A DNA stretch of 32,000 nucleotides from Bdellovibrionales bacterium (GCA_963692945.1 OY843585.1:1200001-1232000), one strand, 5' to 3'. Shown: positions 8,773 to 17,684, counted from the stretch's first letter. A program made the numbers and translations. The notes: a model not told the origin generated them from the letters alone.

Positions 8773-9822
8773 ATGAAGTTTATGGATTTTTGTGCTGGCA
8801 TTGGTGGGGGCAGATTAGGTTTGGAAAATCTAGGCATGAAATGCATGGGCTTTTCAGAAATTGATAAAAATGCTGAAAGCACCTACAAACTTTTTTTTGG
8901 AAATAATGAAATTAATTATGGGGACTTGATGCAAATTAACCCCTTTCATTTGCCAGATTTTGATTTAATGATTGCAGGCTTTCCTTGTCAATCTTTTTCT
9001 ATTGCAGGACAAAGAAAAGGATTAACAGATGAAAGAGGACAAATTATTTTTGGACTTTTAAAAATTATAAAAGCTAAACAAATAAAATATTTTATTTTAG
9101 AAAATGTTAAGGGGCTTGTAAATCATGAACAAGGACAAACTTTTAAAACTATATTAAAAATTTTAAATTCAGAAGGATACGAGGTTACAGCTAAAATAAT
9201 GGATAGCTCTCATTATGGTTTACCTCATAAAAGAGAAAGAGTTTATTTCATAGGAATTAGAAAAGATTTAATAAAAAATTTTAGTGATTTCTATAGTTAT
9301 TTTCAACAATATCCTGAAGCAATAAAAATGAATAATATAAAACAATACTTAATTGATAATGACAATATAGCATTTACAGATAAACAAAGAGAATCTTATC
9401 AGACACTCTTAAATTATCTAAAAAATAAATACAACAAAGGAAAAGTATCTATAAATAAATTATTAAAAGAGGATTTTTTAATAATTGACACTCGTCAGTC
9501 TGATTTAAGATTATATAGAGAGAAAATACCAACTTTAAGAACAGGTCGGCATGGTCTTTTGTATGTGAAAAAAAACAAGTTGAGAAGATTATCAGGATAT
9601 GAATCCCTTCTCTTACAAGGATTTCCTAAAAAATTAGCTATAAAGATTAAAAATAAAATTTCTGAAAATCAAATTCTCAGTCAATCTGGTAATGCTATGA
9701 CTGTTAATGTTGTAGAAGCTTGCGGAAAAAGTTTGATTGACTTTATCAAAAAACATATCAGATACGATATTTCTTCTCGTTTAGAAATAGATTCAAACAA
9801 AGCAGCTAATTTAACAATTTAA
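8773..9822 (+). CDS. DNA (cytosine-5)-methyltransferase, the type II R-M methylase
   Basis: 349 aa with ordered m5C motifs: I FCAGIGG, IV GFPCQSFS, VI ENVKGL, VIII HKRERVYFIG, IX RRLSGYESLLLQGFP, X QSGNAMTVNV. GGAG lies 11 nt upstream of the ATG. Confidence 0.95.
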   Translation: MKFMDFCAGIGGGRLGLENLGMKCMGFSEIDKNAESTYKLFFGNNEINYGDLMQINPFHLPDFDLMIAGFPCQSFSIAGQRKGLTDERGQIIFGLLKIIKAKQIKYFILENVKGLVNHEQGQTFKTILKILNSEGYEVTAKIMDSSHYGLPHKRERVYFIGIRKDLIKNFSDFYSYFQQYPEAIKMNNIKQYLIDNDNIAFTDKQRESYQTLLNYLKNKYNKGKVSINKLLKEDFLIIDTRQSDLRLYREKIPTLRTGRHGLLYVKKNKLRRLSGYESLLLQGFPKKLAIKIKNKISENQILSQSGNAMTVNVVEACGKSLIDFIKKHIRYDISSRLEIDSNKAANLTI

Positions 9823-9829
9823 GACAATT

Positions 9830-10582
9830 ATGAAGAAAAAAAATTTACAAGTAATTGGTTCATATACTGCAAAAAGTGGTTTTGAAAATGAAACCATAAT
9901 AATTGATAAGTTTAATAATTGGAAAACAGATAAAGAAGCTAAAAAATGGCTTATTATTATGGGATATGTTATTGATAAAATAGATAGCATAAAAGCTGTC
10001 AAAGTATCCAATAAATATAAAACAGATATTCAAGTCCAAATAACTATTTATATGAAAAAAACTATTTCAGCAGAAAATTTATCTATCAAACTAGTGAGTC
10101 ATTCTACAGGATTTAATCAAATAGATAAAAGGTGGATTAAAAAATATGCTGAAATGTGGAGCATCCCAAAAGATGTTGTGAAGATTTTAAAACTTTTTAC
10201 AGGAGAAATATCTCCAAATAAAAAAAATCCAAGAGATAATAGAAGAATGTTCTTTGATGAAATGAAAAAAGAACAACAAAACAAGGTTTTAGATTTTTTC
10301 TCAAAAAATAAATTTTTAATTATTTCCGATATACTTAAAGGACGAGGGAAGTTTTCAGCTGGTTGGATGTTAGTTATCTCAAAATCAAAAAGAAAGAATA
10401 AATGGGTTTTAAAATCTATAAATCATGTTATGAATTTTTTTGCTGAAGATTCAGTAAAAATCACTTCAAGAGGAAATTTAAAAATTGGTAGAATTACAAT
10501 GCAAAGAAAAGGTGGGGATGCAGGAAGGAAAACAGCAAAAATGCTTCAGTTTAAAATCAACCCTGTCAAATTGTTTGATTGA
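9830..10582 (+). CDS. Type II restriction endonuclease, HinP1I/MspI-fold family (likely GCGC-specific)
   Basis: 250 aa, starting 7 nt after the methylase stop. It matches my recollection of R.HinP1I in three places: N-terminal ..AKSGFENE.., the catalytic (S/T)D-X18-(Q/S)xK motif (here TD66-X18-S85-I-K87), and the C-terminal ITMQRKGGDAGRKTAKMLQFKINPVKLFD. This is from memory, not a search. Confidence 0.8.
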   Translation: MKKKNLQVIGSYTAKSGFENETIIIDKFNNWKTDKEAKKWLIIMGYVIDKIDSIKAVKVSNKYKTDIQVQITIYMKKTISAENLSIKLVSHSTGFNQIDKRWIKKYAEMWSIPKDVVKILKLFTGEISPNKKNPRDNRRMFFDEMKKEQQNKVLDFFSKNKFLIISDILKGRGKFSAGWMLVISKSKRKNKWVLKSINHVMNFFAEDSVKITSRGNLKIGRITMQRKGGDAGRKTAKMLQFKINPVKLFD

Positions 10583-10653
10583 TGATAAAAAATAATAACC
10601 AAATCCAAAAGTTCACAGAGTTCTACATCAAGAAAATAATTTTTTAATGAAAC

Positions 10654-11328
10654 TTAATTTGCAAATATCTTAGCACAAGCAGGTTTTAATTTTATTTTGT
10701 TTTTCACACTTTCTCTTAAAAAATCTTTTGCAATCTTTATATAGTTTTTTTCATCAACTTCATTAGCTGCTATAATAGCTTTTACAATTTTTACATTTTC
10801 TATATCAACTGCTAGATGAAAAGCCGTTTTTCCATATTCATTTGGAATACTCACTTTTGCACCTTTTGCTAAAAGCCTTTTTACTATCTCTACATCTTCC
10901 ATATTGATCGCATAATGAAGAGGTGTAGATCCATATCTGTCTTTAATATCCACATCTTCAACTTTTTCTAAAATAATATTTATAATACCTAGATGCTCTG
11001 TCTTAACGGCCATATGAAGAGCAGATCGTCCCTCATTATTTTCAATACTTATATCTGCACCTGCTTCTATAAAAATCTTTACGATCTCTACATTTCTCTT
11101 ATTGATCGCATAATGAAAAGCATTTTCTCCATATCTATTTGGAGCATTCATATCCACTCCTTTTGCTAATAAAGTTTTTACAGTTTTTAAGTCACCATCC
11201 AAAATAGATTGAAAAAAAGATTCTATTGAAATATTTTTATTGAAATCTTTAGGTTTGGCAAAAACTTGAAAAACAAAACTTCCAAAAATGATAATATTTG
11301 AAATAAATGATAATGACTTAATAATCAC
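10654..11328 (-). CDS. Secreted ankyrin-repeat protein (4 ANK repeats)
   Basis: N-terminal hydrophobic signal (IIKSLSFISNIIIFGSFVFQVFA). Four G-x-[TSN]-[AP]-[LF]-H-x-A units: GENAFHYAI, GRSALHMAV, GSTPLHYAI, GKTAFHLAV. GTG start with no clear SD. Confidence 0.85.
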   Translation of the reverse strand: MIIKSLSFISNIIIFGSFVFQVFAKPKDFNKNISIESFFQSILDGDLKTVKTLLAKGVDMNAPNRYGENAFHYAINKRNVEIVKIFIEAGADISIENNEGRSALHMAVKTEHLGIINIILEKVEDVDIKDRYGSTPLHYAINMEDVEIVKRLLAKGAKVSIPNEYGKTAFHLAVDIENVKIVKAIIAANEVDEKNYIKIAKDFLRESVKNKIKLKPACAKIFAN

Positions 11329-11454
11329 AAATAAACTGTACTATCTATATATATTCAAATCTATGGAAAATAAAAAAAATAGTTCAAAAAAATAAATAGT
11401 AGAGATTCACAGGTAAATTCAGTCTATAAATGAAACAGAGAGTTAAAAACCACA

Positions 11455-12129
11455 TCATTCCTGTTGAGTGAAACTCATTTCCTGCCAATTCCTTGCACCT
11501 AAAATCTTACTTTCTAATTTCCCTTCTTTATTAAAGAGATAGGTCACAGGAAGAGAGTCTGGAATAAAATACTGGTTTAATTCTTCTTTAGAGACTCTTA
11601 CAATTTGAAGAGATTCACTTAGGTCAGGAAAAGATTTTTGAATAAATGAATTTACAACTTCTAAAGATTCTGTCGTGACAGCAATGACTAAAATATTTTT
11701 TGTTTGTTCAGCCAAAGCCGAAAGAGAAGGTAATTCTTCAATACAAGGAGGACACCATGTTGCCCATAAATTAATAAGGATTCGCTTCTTCCCCCTATAG
11801 CAATAAAGATCAAAAACCTCACCTTTAATATTTTTAAAAATCCAATCTATAGGAGTTTCCATCAACTCATTAAGCCGATCCACTCTGTTAGAAAAAAGGA
11901 TTGCTTTTTGTTTTTTCAACTCTCCTTTGCCAGTCAAATCACGACAAGGAGATTTCAAATTTGATGAAAAAACATGACCTTGTGATTTTTTTTTGCTGAA
12001 AAATGATTTTTGAATCTCAAAGAAACCAAACAGACTCTGATAAAAGATAAAATATAAAAATCCTAAAACAATTAAAGCGAAACTTAAAAATAAAATAATA
12101 TTTTTTTTAGACCGAATAAAAAAAACCAT
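11455..12129 (-). CDS. Membrane-anchored TlpA/ResA-like thiol:disulfide oxidoreductase (thioredoxin fold)
   Basis: N-terminal TM helix (IILFLSFALIVLGFLYFIF) and the WATWCPPC active site. It starts 10 nt downstream of the rplQ stop and is probably co-transcribed. Confidence 0.85.
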   Translation of the reverse strand: MVFFIRSKKNIILFLSFALIVLGFLYFIFYQSLFGFFEIQKSFFSKKKSQGHVFSSNLKSPCRDLTGKGELKKQKAILFSNRVDRLNELMETPIDWIFKNIKGEVFDLYCYRGKKRILINLWATWCPPCIEELPSLSALAEQTKNILVIAVTTESLEVVNSFIQKSFPDLSESLQIVRVSKEELNQYFIPDSLPVTYLFNKEGKLESKILGARNWQEMSFTQQE

Positions 12130-12139
12130 GAAAGATTTT

Positions 12140-12649
12140 TTATCTATTTATTTTACGAGAATCAGATTTGATCTTACGAAGAACTTTTTTCTTTTCTTCT
12201 ACTTTTTTAGCCTGTAACTTTCTTGATTTATTATATTCTGGAGAAGCTTTCTTTTTTTGCTTCTCTTCTTTAGTAGGAGAAGGGACAAATTTATAATCTA
12301 CAAATTCAATCAAAGCTTTAGGTGCAAGGTCTCCCTTACGGTTTCCTAATTTTACAATACGAGTGTAACCCCCAGGACGATCCTTAAATCTTTTTGAAAG
12401 GTTATCTATTATTTTTGAAACTGTTTTCTCATTTGGATATTTAGAAAACAAAGTACGGTAAGTATGAAGATCCCCTTTTCTACCAAGAGTTATAGCTTTT
12501 TCTGCAAGAGGTCGTATGGCTTTAGCTTTTCGTAAAGTGGTTTTGATTCTTTCATGCTCCACTAAAGACACAATCAATCCTCTTAAAAGAGCTTTTCTAG
12601 GTCCTGGTTTTACACCAAAGCTTGTCGTATTTTTTTTATTGTGTCTCAT
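12140..12649 (-). CDS. rplQ: 50S ribosomal protein L17 with a Lys-rich C-terminal extension
   Basis: MRHNKK...GPRKALLRGL...GGYTRIVKLGNRKGD. Position after rpoA. 169 aa against a typical 115-130 aa. Confidence 0.95.
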   Translation of the reverse strand: MRHNKKNTTSFGVKPGPRKALLRGLIVSLVEHERIKTTLRKAKAIRPLAEKAITLGRKGDLHTYRTLFSKYPNEKTVSKIIDNLSKRFKDRPGGYTRIVKLGNRKGDLAPKALIEFVDYKFVPSPTKEEKQKKKASPEYNKSRKLQAKKVEEKKKVLRKIKSDSRKINR

Positions 12650-12669
12650 AAAATTCCCTACTACATCTA

Positions 12670-14037
12670 TTAAAACAGTCGGCGACCACCACCATCATTT
12701 TCACCGTCATCATCAGACTGGCTTGAATCACTGTCACTGCTATTAGAACCTTCATCATCAGACTGACTTGAATCACTGTCACTGCTCTTGGAACCTTCAT
12801 CATCAGACTGACTTGAATCATTACTAAGATTTCCACCGTCCAAACCATTACTTTCATTGCCAAAAGAATCAGAGCGATTTTCTGAGTCATCAACATCTAC
12901 TTTAACTTCACTGTCGTTATAATTTTGATTAGAAGTTTCGTGAGAATGAGTTAATGCTTCTCCATTTCTTTCTTGAGATTCTTCTGTACGTTCACTACTA
13001 CTAGATTGATAATCTCTTCTGTATAAATCAGAAGGAGGCCATCCCTCTATTTCCATACCTAAAGATAAGTTCATAGGTTTTAAAATCTCTTTAATTTCAT
13101 TCAAAGATTTTCTACCGAAATTTTTAGTTCTTAACATTTCTTGTTCGGTTTTACAGACTAAATCTCCAATGCAACGGATACGAGCATTTTTTAAACAATT
13201 AGCACTTCTTACAGATAATTCTAAATCCTCAGCCGGACGAAATAAATAATCATTTAACTTGTTAGAACTTTCTTCAGAAACCACTTCTTTTGGTTCAATG
13301 TTTTCATCAAAATTTATAAAAACTTGTAGCTGTTCTTTTAAAATTTTATAACCTAGAGGAATAGCTTCATCAGGCTTAAGAGAACCATCTGTCCAAACTT
13401 CTAAAACAAGAGAATCGTAATCTGTTCTTTGCCCAACACTTGCACTATTCACTATATAATTCACACGACGAACAGGACTATGAATAGCATCTACAGATAT
13501 ATATCCTTCAGCAAGTTTCTTTTGTTTTTTTGAAGCTTCAATGTAACCACGATCAAAAGAAACAATCACTTCAACTTCTAAATTTCCACCATCACTAAGA
13601 GTGGCAATATGAGCTTCAGGATTTAAAACTTCAATACCTGCACTCAATTGCATGTCTGCAGCTGTTACAGTTCCAGGTCCTTTTTTAGAAATTTTAATAA
13701 TTTTATCTTCTATGTCCTCTTGACGAAACCGAATAGCTTTTAAATTAAAAATGATATCAATGACATCTTCTAAAACTCCATCAATGGTAGAAAGTTCATG
13801 AAGCACACCTTCAAATTTTACAGCAGAAACAGCAGACCCCATTATAGAACTCAAAAGCACTCTACGAATAGAATTACCTAAAGTTAAACCGTAACCTCTT
13901 TCTAACGGAAGAATATAAAATTTTCCATAAGTAGAACTTAAAGTGTCTTTATCCACTTTAAAACCCTTAGGTCTAATCAGATCCTTCCAATATTTATAAT
14001 AATGTTTCGGTAAATCTATTTTATCTATTTTATCCAT
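12670..14037 (-). CDS. rpoA: DNA-directed RNA polymerase alpha subunit with an acidic Ser/Asp-rich C-terminal extension of about 115 aa
   Basis: The NTD (GYGLTLGNSIRRVLLSS) and CTD (LELSVRSANCLKNARIRCIGDL...KNFGRKSLNEIKEIL) are intact. About 115 extra residues follow the CTD. Confidence 0.97.
   Translation of the reverse strand: MDKIDKIDLPKHYYKYWKDLIRPKGFKVDKDTLSSTYGKFYILPLERGYGLTLGNSIRRVLLSSIMGSAVSAVKFEGVLHELSTIDGVLEDVIDIIFNLKAIRFRQEDIEDKIIKISKKGPGTVTAADMQLSAGIEVLNPEAHIATLSDGGNLEVEVIVSFDRGYIEASKKQKKLAEGYISVDAIHSPVRRVNYIVNSASVGQRTDYDSLVLEVWTDGSLKPDEAIPLGYKILKEQLQVFINFDENIEPKEVVSEESSNKLNDYLFRPAEDLELSVRSANCLKNARIRCIGDLVCKTEQEMLRTKNFGRKSLNEIKEILKPMNLSLGMEIEGWPPSDLYRRDYQSSSSERTEESQERNGEALTHSHETSNQNYNDSEVKVDVDDSENRSDSFGNESNGLDGGNLSNDSSQSDDEGSKSSDSDSSQSDDEGSNSSDSDSSQSDDDGENDGGGRRLF
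12708..12828 (-). repeat. 45-nt in-frame tandem repeat, about 2.7 copies, encoding SDSDSSQSDDEGSxS in the RpoA tail
   Basis: Units start at 12708, 12753 and 12798 on the plus strand (catcatcagactg[g/a]cttgaatcactgtcactgct...). Confidence 0.85.
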
Positions 14038-14078
14038 TTCAACTCCTTTTATTTTTTATTCTTTTAACTATAAAACTA

Positions 14079-14501
14079 TTAAACACGACGTCTTTTAGGA
14101 GGACGACAACCATTATGAGGTAACGGGGTTACATCTTTAAGAAAGATAACTTTAATACCAACACTATCAATACTTCTAACAGCCATTTCTCTACCAGAAC
14201 CCGGTCCTTTAATATAAACTTCCACTCTCTTCACTCCACAATCCATTGCTTTTTTAGCAGCATCTTCAGCCACAGCCTGAGCCACAAAAGGTGTTCCTTT
14301 ACGACTCCCTTTAAAACCTAATAGACCAGAAGACGACCAACATAAAGCATTCCCTACAGGATCTGTAAAAGTCACCATAGTATTTCCAAAACTAGAATTT
14401 ATGTAACATCTTCCAGTTGGCACATTTTTTTTAACTTTTTTCTTTTTAGGTTTTTTCTCTACTACTTTATTTTCTTTTTTTTGTGCTTCTGCCATATTCA
14501 A
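14079..14501 (-). CDS. rpsK: 30S ribosomal protein S11
   Basis: [35 protein letters not shown]...[13 protein letters not shown]. Synteny rpsM-rpsK-rpoA. Confidence 0.96.
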   Translation of the reverse strand: MNMAEAQKKENKVVEKKPKKKKVKKNVPTGRCYINSSFGNTMVTFTDPVGNALCWSSSGLLGFKGSRKGTPFVAQAVAEDAAKKAMDCGVKRVEVYIKGPGSGREMAVRSIDSVGIKVIFLKDVTPLPHNGCRPPKRRRV

Positions 14502-14506
14502 TTCCT

Positions 14507-14881
14507 TTAAACAGCTTTCTTCTTATTAGCAACTGTTTTCTTAGGTCCCTTTCTTGTCCTTGCATTTTGACGAGTGCTTTGCCCTCTAACAGGAAGACCT
14601 CTACGATGACGAACACCTCTATAAGTTGACATATCCATCAATCTCTTAATAGACATGGCTTTGTCTCTTCTTTTATCACCTTCAACTTTATATTTTTTTT
14701 CAATAATAGATCTTAGCAAAACAATATCGTCATTAGACAATTCGTGAACTCTAAGGCTGTCTTTAAAGCCCCCTTCTTTACAAATTTCTTTAGCAATCAC
14801 TCTTCCAATTCCATAGACATAAGTAAGAGCAACCTCTAGTCTTTTAGCCTTTGGCAAATCTACACCAGAAATACGAGCCAT
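14507..14881 (-). CDS. rpsM: 30S ribosomal protein S13
   Basis: [24 protein letters not shown]...[26 protein letters not shown]. Confidence 0.96.
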   Translation of the reverse strand: MARISGVDLPKAKRLEVALTYVYGIGRVIAKEICKEGGFKDSLRVHELSNDDIVLLRSIIEKKYKVEGDKRRDKAMSIKRLMDMSTYRGVRHRRGLPVRGQSTRQNARTRKGPKKTVANKKKAV

Positions 14882-14883
14882 TT

Positions 14884-14997
14884 TTACCCTTGCCTTTGTT
14901 TATGTTTTGGATTTTTACAAATAACACGCAAAGAACCCTTGCGTCTAATCAGGCGGCAATCCTTACAAATTTTTTTTACAGATGCTCTAACCTTCAT
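14884..14997 (-). CDS. rpmJ: 50S ribosomal protein L36 (not in the ORF track)
   Basis: Hand translation of the minus strand gives [37 protein letters not shown] (37 aa). ATG at 14995-14997, TAA at 14884-14886, GAGGG 6 nt upstream. Confidence 0.9.
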   Translation of the reverse strand: MKVRASVKKICKDCRLIRRKGSLRVICKNPKHKQRQG

Positions 14998-15028
14998 AAA
15001 AAGCCCTCGTCAAGCAAAAAAAATTAAC

Positions 15029-15037
15029 ATTATAACA
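15029..15037 (-). promoter_or_regulatory. Candidate extended -10 promoter (TGtTATAAT) ahead of rpmJ-rpsM-rpsK-rpoA-rplQ
   Basis: The minus strand reads ..cctgTTATAATgtt.. in the 61-nt adk-rpmJ gap. There is no good -35, but the TGn extension is present. Pattern call only. Confidence 0.35.
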
Positions 15038-15058
15038 GGTATAAGTCTATATTTTTTA

Positions 15059-15724
15059 TTAAAGATTCTGAGAATTTCTGGAGTTCTCTAAAAGAGAAAG
15101 AATAGTCTTAAAAATTTCATCTGGAGACTTTTCCCCATGGATTTTATTTAAATTTCCCTGTTTCTCATAATAGTGTAAAAGGGGGTGGGTGTTCTCCCAA
15201 AAAACCTTTAATCTAGCCGAAATAACCTCTTTTTTGTCATCTTTTCTGACCACAAGAGATTCCCCCGTCTTATCACAGCGACCAGCGACTTTTGGAGGAT
15301 TGGTCTTAATATGATAAATACAACCACTTTTAGGAGCCCAAAGGCGACCAGAAAGACGCCCTATAATTTCAGAATCAGCAACTTCAAGATATAAAATCAA
15401 ATCCAATTTCTGATTTCTCTCTTTCAAAGTTTTATCTAATGCTTTTCCTTGAGATGTATTCCTCGGAAAACCATCAAAAATAACAGAGGTTTCCTTTGAT
15501 ACCTCTTTTAAAGCCAATTCTACCATTTTCACAGTGATTTCATCAGGAACAAGTGCACCTTGATCTATATACTTTTGAACCTTTAAACCAAGTTCTGTTT
15601 TCTTCTTAAGATTTTCACGAAAAATATCACCCGTACTTAAGTGCTTGAATTTTTTTTCAGCAATAAGACGCTTAGCTTGGGTTCCCTTACCAGAGCCAGG
15701 AGGCCCTATCAAAAGTAGATTCAT
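15059..15724 (-). CDS. adk: Adenylate kinase
   Basis: P-loop GPPGSGKGTQ, then STGDIFR, then a long-type LID segment. The ATG overlaps the secY stop by 1 nt. Confidence 0.95.
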   Translation of the reverse strand: MNLLLIGPPGSGKGTQAKRLIAEKKFKHLSTGDIFRENLKKKTELGLKVQKYIDQGALVPDEITVKMVELALKEVSKETSVIFDGFPRNTSQGKALDKTLKERNQKLDLILYLEVADSEIIGRLSGRLWAPKSGCIYHIKTNPPKVAGRCDKTGESLVVRKDDKKEVISARLKVFWENTHPLLHYYEKQGNLNKIHGEKSPDEIFKTILSLLENSRNSQNL

Positions 15725-17040
15725 TAAAAATGAACCCTTCTGCTTTTTATACGAACACCTTTTACCATGCCCTCATAACGAGCTGTTAAAAGATGAGATT
15801 GAATCTGTTGAGCTGTATCTAAAGCCACTCCCACTAAAATGAGCAAGCTTGTTCCTCCAAAATAAAAAGGAATTTTAAATTTATCAATAAGAATATTTGG
15901 CATCACACAAACGGTTGCAAGATAAATAGCACCTGCAACAGTTAAACGATCAAGAATTCTTTTTACATAATCAGATGTATGTTGACCCGCTCTAATCCCT
16001 GGAATAAATCCTCCATACTTTTTTAAATTGTCAGACATTTCATTAGGGTTGAAAACAACTTCTGTGTAAAAGAAACAAAGGAAAACTATAAATACAACAA
16101 AAAGTATATTAAAAATAGAACCCGTTAAAGAAAAAGACTCTTGTAATTTTTGTGCCCATTCCGCTTGAGTGAATTGAGCGATTGTAGATGGGAAAAGAAG
16201 TAAACTACTTGCGAAAATGGGAGGTATAACCCCTGAAAAATTAAGTTTCAAAGGAAGATGACTCATTTGTGCTGTTGGTTGTTTATTACCTAAAGCTCTT
16301 TGAGAGTATTGAACAGGTATTCTTCTTTGTCCTGTCTCTAAAAAAATAATAAAACCTACAATAAGAACCATGAATAAAACTAAACTCAACCCTAAGCCTC
16401 CACTCATTTCTCCTTTTTGAACCATAGCCCAGAGATTTGCTGTTCCTTGTGGAATCCCAGCAGCTATACCTGCAAAAATCAAAAGACTTGCTCCGTTACC
16501 CACTCCTTTTTCATTGATTTGCTCACCCAACCACATCAGAAGACAACTTCCAGCCGTTAAAGTTAAAATAGTAAAAGTTTGAAAAGGAATAAACGCAAAA
16601 TGAGTCATAGAAATAATAGATTCTTGACCAAAAAAACCTCGTGACAGACCATAACCTTGAAAAACAGAAAGTATCACTGTTGCATAACGAGTGTATTGAT
16701 TGATTTTTTTACGACCAGACTCTCCCTCTTTTTTAAGTTGTTCCAAATAAGGAACACCTGTTTGAAGCAATTGGAAAATAATAGAAGCTGTAATATAAGG
16801 TAAAATCCCTAAAGCCAAAATACTAAATTGCTCCAAGGCTCCACCTGTGAAAGTGTTCAGTAAACTAAAAACCCCTCCCCCTCTTTGAGCGAAAGCTTCA
16901 ACAACAGCTGCCCGATTGACTCCTGGAGTTGGTATCTGAACACCGATTCTATAAAGAACCAAAACTCCTATTGTAAAAAGAATGCGATCTTTTAAATCTT
17001 TAGGAAAACTAAAATTAGAAGGAAGTTTAGGCTGTTCCAT
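15724..17040 (-). CDS. secY: Preprotein translocase subunit SecY
   Basis: 438 aa, multi-TM. Typical motifs LGILPYITASII, GEQINEKGVGNGASLLIF and GGFIPGIRAG. Position after rplO. Confidence 0.97.
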   Translation of the reverse strand: MEQPKLPSNFSFPKDLKDRILFTIGVLVLYRIGVQIPTPGVNRAAVVEAFAQRGGGVFSLLNTFTGGALEQFSILALGILPYITASIIFQLLQTGVPYLEQLKKEGESGRKKINQYTRYATVILSVFQGYGLSRGFFGQESIISMTHFAFIPFQTFTILTLTAGSCLLMWLGEQINEKGVGNGASLLIFAGIAAGIPQGTANLWAMVQKGEMSGGLGLSLVLFMVLIVGFIIFLETGQRRIPVQYSQRALGNKQPTAQMSHLPLKLNFSGVIPPIFASSLLLFPSTIAQFTQAEWAQKLQESFSLTGSIFNILFVVFIVFLCFFYTEVVFNPNEMSDNLKKYGGFIPGIRAGQHTSDYVKRILDRLTVAGAIYLATVCVMPNILIDKFKIPFYFGGTSLLILVGVALDTAQQIQSHLLTARYEGMVKGVRIKSRRVHF

Positions 17041-17483
17041 TACTTATCCAAGTTATGAACTTGTCCTCCAGCTTTCTCAATAACACTTTTAGCTTTCTTA
17101 CTAAACTTATGAGCTTTAACTGTAAGAGCTTCTTTTATTTCACCTTGAGCCAATATTTTTATTTTTTTAGAACGATGAGCAAGACCTTTTTTCACTAAAG
17201 TTTCTGGACTCACTTCTCCTTTCCAATTTTCTAATTGAGAAAGATTAATAATGTCATAAGTTTTTTTAAATCGAGCATTGGTGAAACCAAATTTAGGAAG
17301 CCTACGACTTAAAGGCATAGAGCCACCTTCAAAACCAGCAGGTATATTTCCGCTTTTTCTCGCTTTTTGACCTTTATGTCCTTTTGTAGAAGTTCCACCC
17401 TTACCAGAACCTTTACCACGACCTAATCGTTTTTTATTTCTTTTGCTATTTGGATAAGCACTTAATTCAGATAATAAACTCAT
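17040..17483 (-). CDS. rplO: 50S ribosomal protein L15
   Basis: KRLGRGKGSGKGGTSTKGHKGQKARSG..GFEGGSMPL.RRLPK.GF. Confidence 0.95.
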   Translation of the reverse strand: MSLLSELSAYPNSKRNKKRLGRGKGSGKGGTSTKGHKGQKARKSGNIPAGFEGGSMPLSRRLPKFGFTNARFKKTYDIINLSQLENWKGEVSPETLVKKGLAHRSKKIKILAQGEIKEALTVKAHKFSKKAKSVIEKAGGQVHNLDK

Positions 17484-17495
17484 AATAAACCTCTC

Positions 17496-17675
17496 TTACT
17501 TTTTCTCTACAGACACCAAATGTCCAATAACTTTTAACTGTCCTCTAAAAGCGGAAGTATCTTTAAAAACACGACTTTTATTAATTTTTCTTAAACCTAA
17601 ACAAGACATAGCTGCTTTTTGCTTTTTACTTATCCCATTTAAACTTTTTTTTAAAGTTACAACCACTTCAGACAT
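17496..17675 (-). CDS. rpmD: 50S ribosomal protein L30 (not in the ORF track)
   Basis: Hand translation gives MSEVVVTLKKSLNGISKKQKAAMSCLGLRKINKSRVFKDTSAFRGQLKVIGHLVSVEKK* (59 aa). GAGGT lies 5 nt upstream. It sits between rpsE and rplO as expected. Confidence 0.85.
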   Translation of the reverse strand: MSEVVVTLKKSLNGISKKQKAAMSCLGLRKINKSRVFKDTSAFRGQLKVIGHLVSVEKK

Positions 17676-17684
17676 TCTCTACCT

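Noticed and set aside
9811-10011. 66-aa minus-strand ORF overlapping the junction of the M and R genes
   Set aside because: It is antisense to both R-M genes. The hydrophobic product is typical of AT-rich antisense frames, and there is no SD.
8773-10582. GCGC avoidance as evidence for long-term residence of the HinP1I-like system. By eye I found only 3 GCGC sites in the window (20767, 26458, 29831), against roughly 15-25 expected from base composition.
   Set aside because: CGCG is equally rare (3 by eye), whereas CpG-free GGCC occurs at least 9 times. The deficit is therefore better explained by general CpG-containing tetramer bias than by restriction avoidance. Manual counts need a proper genome-wide Markov-model test.
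8665-10653. The R-M cassette as part of a mobile element or genomic island
   Set aside because: No integrase, transposase or tRNA gene is present, and I found no flanking direct or inverted repeats. Only AT-rich gaps flank it.
12516-12896. ORFs 12516-12746 (+) and 12636-12896 (-) overlapping rplQ and the rpoA tail
   Set aside because: They are shadow or alternative-frame ORFs inside well-supported genes and the 45-nt repeat. Their His/Met/Val-rich products look like repeat artefacts.
15645-15842. 65-aa plus-strand ORF across the adk/secY junction; likewise 21620-21850 (+) inside rpsC and 29608-29805 (-) inside the large secreted protein gene
   Set aside because: These are antisense ORFs within strongly supported CDSs.
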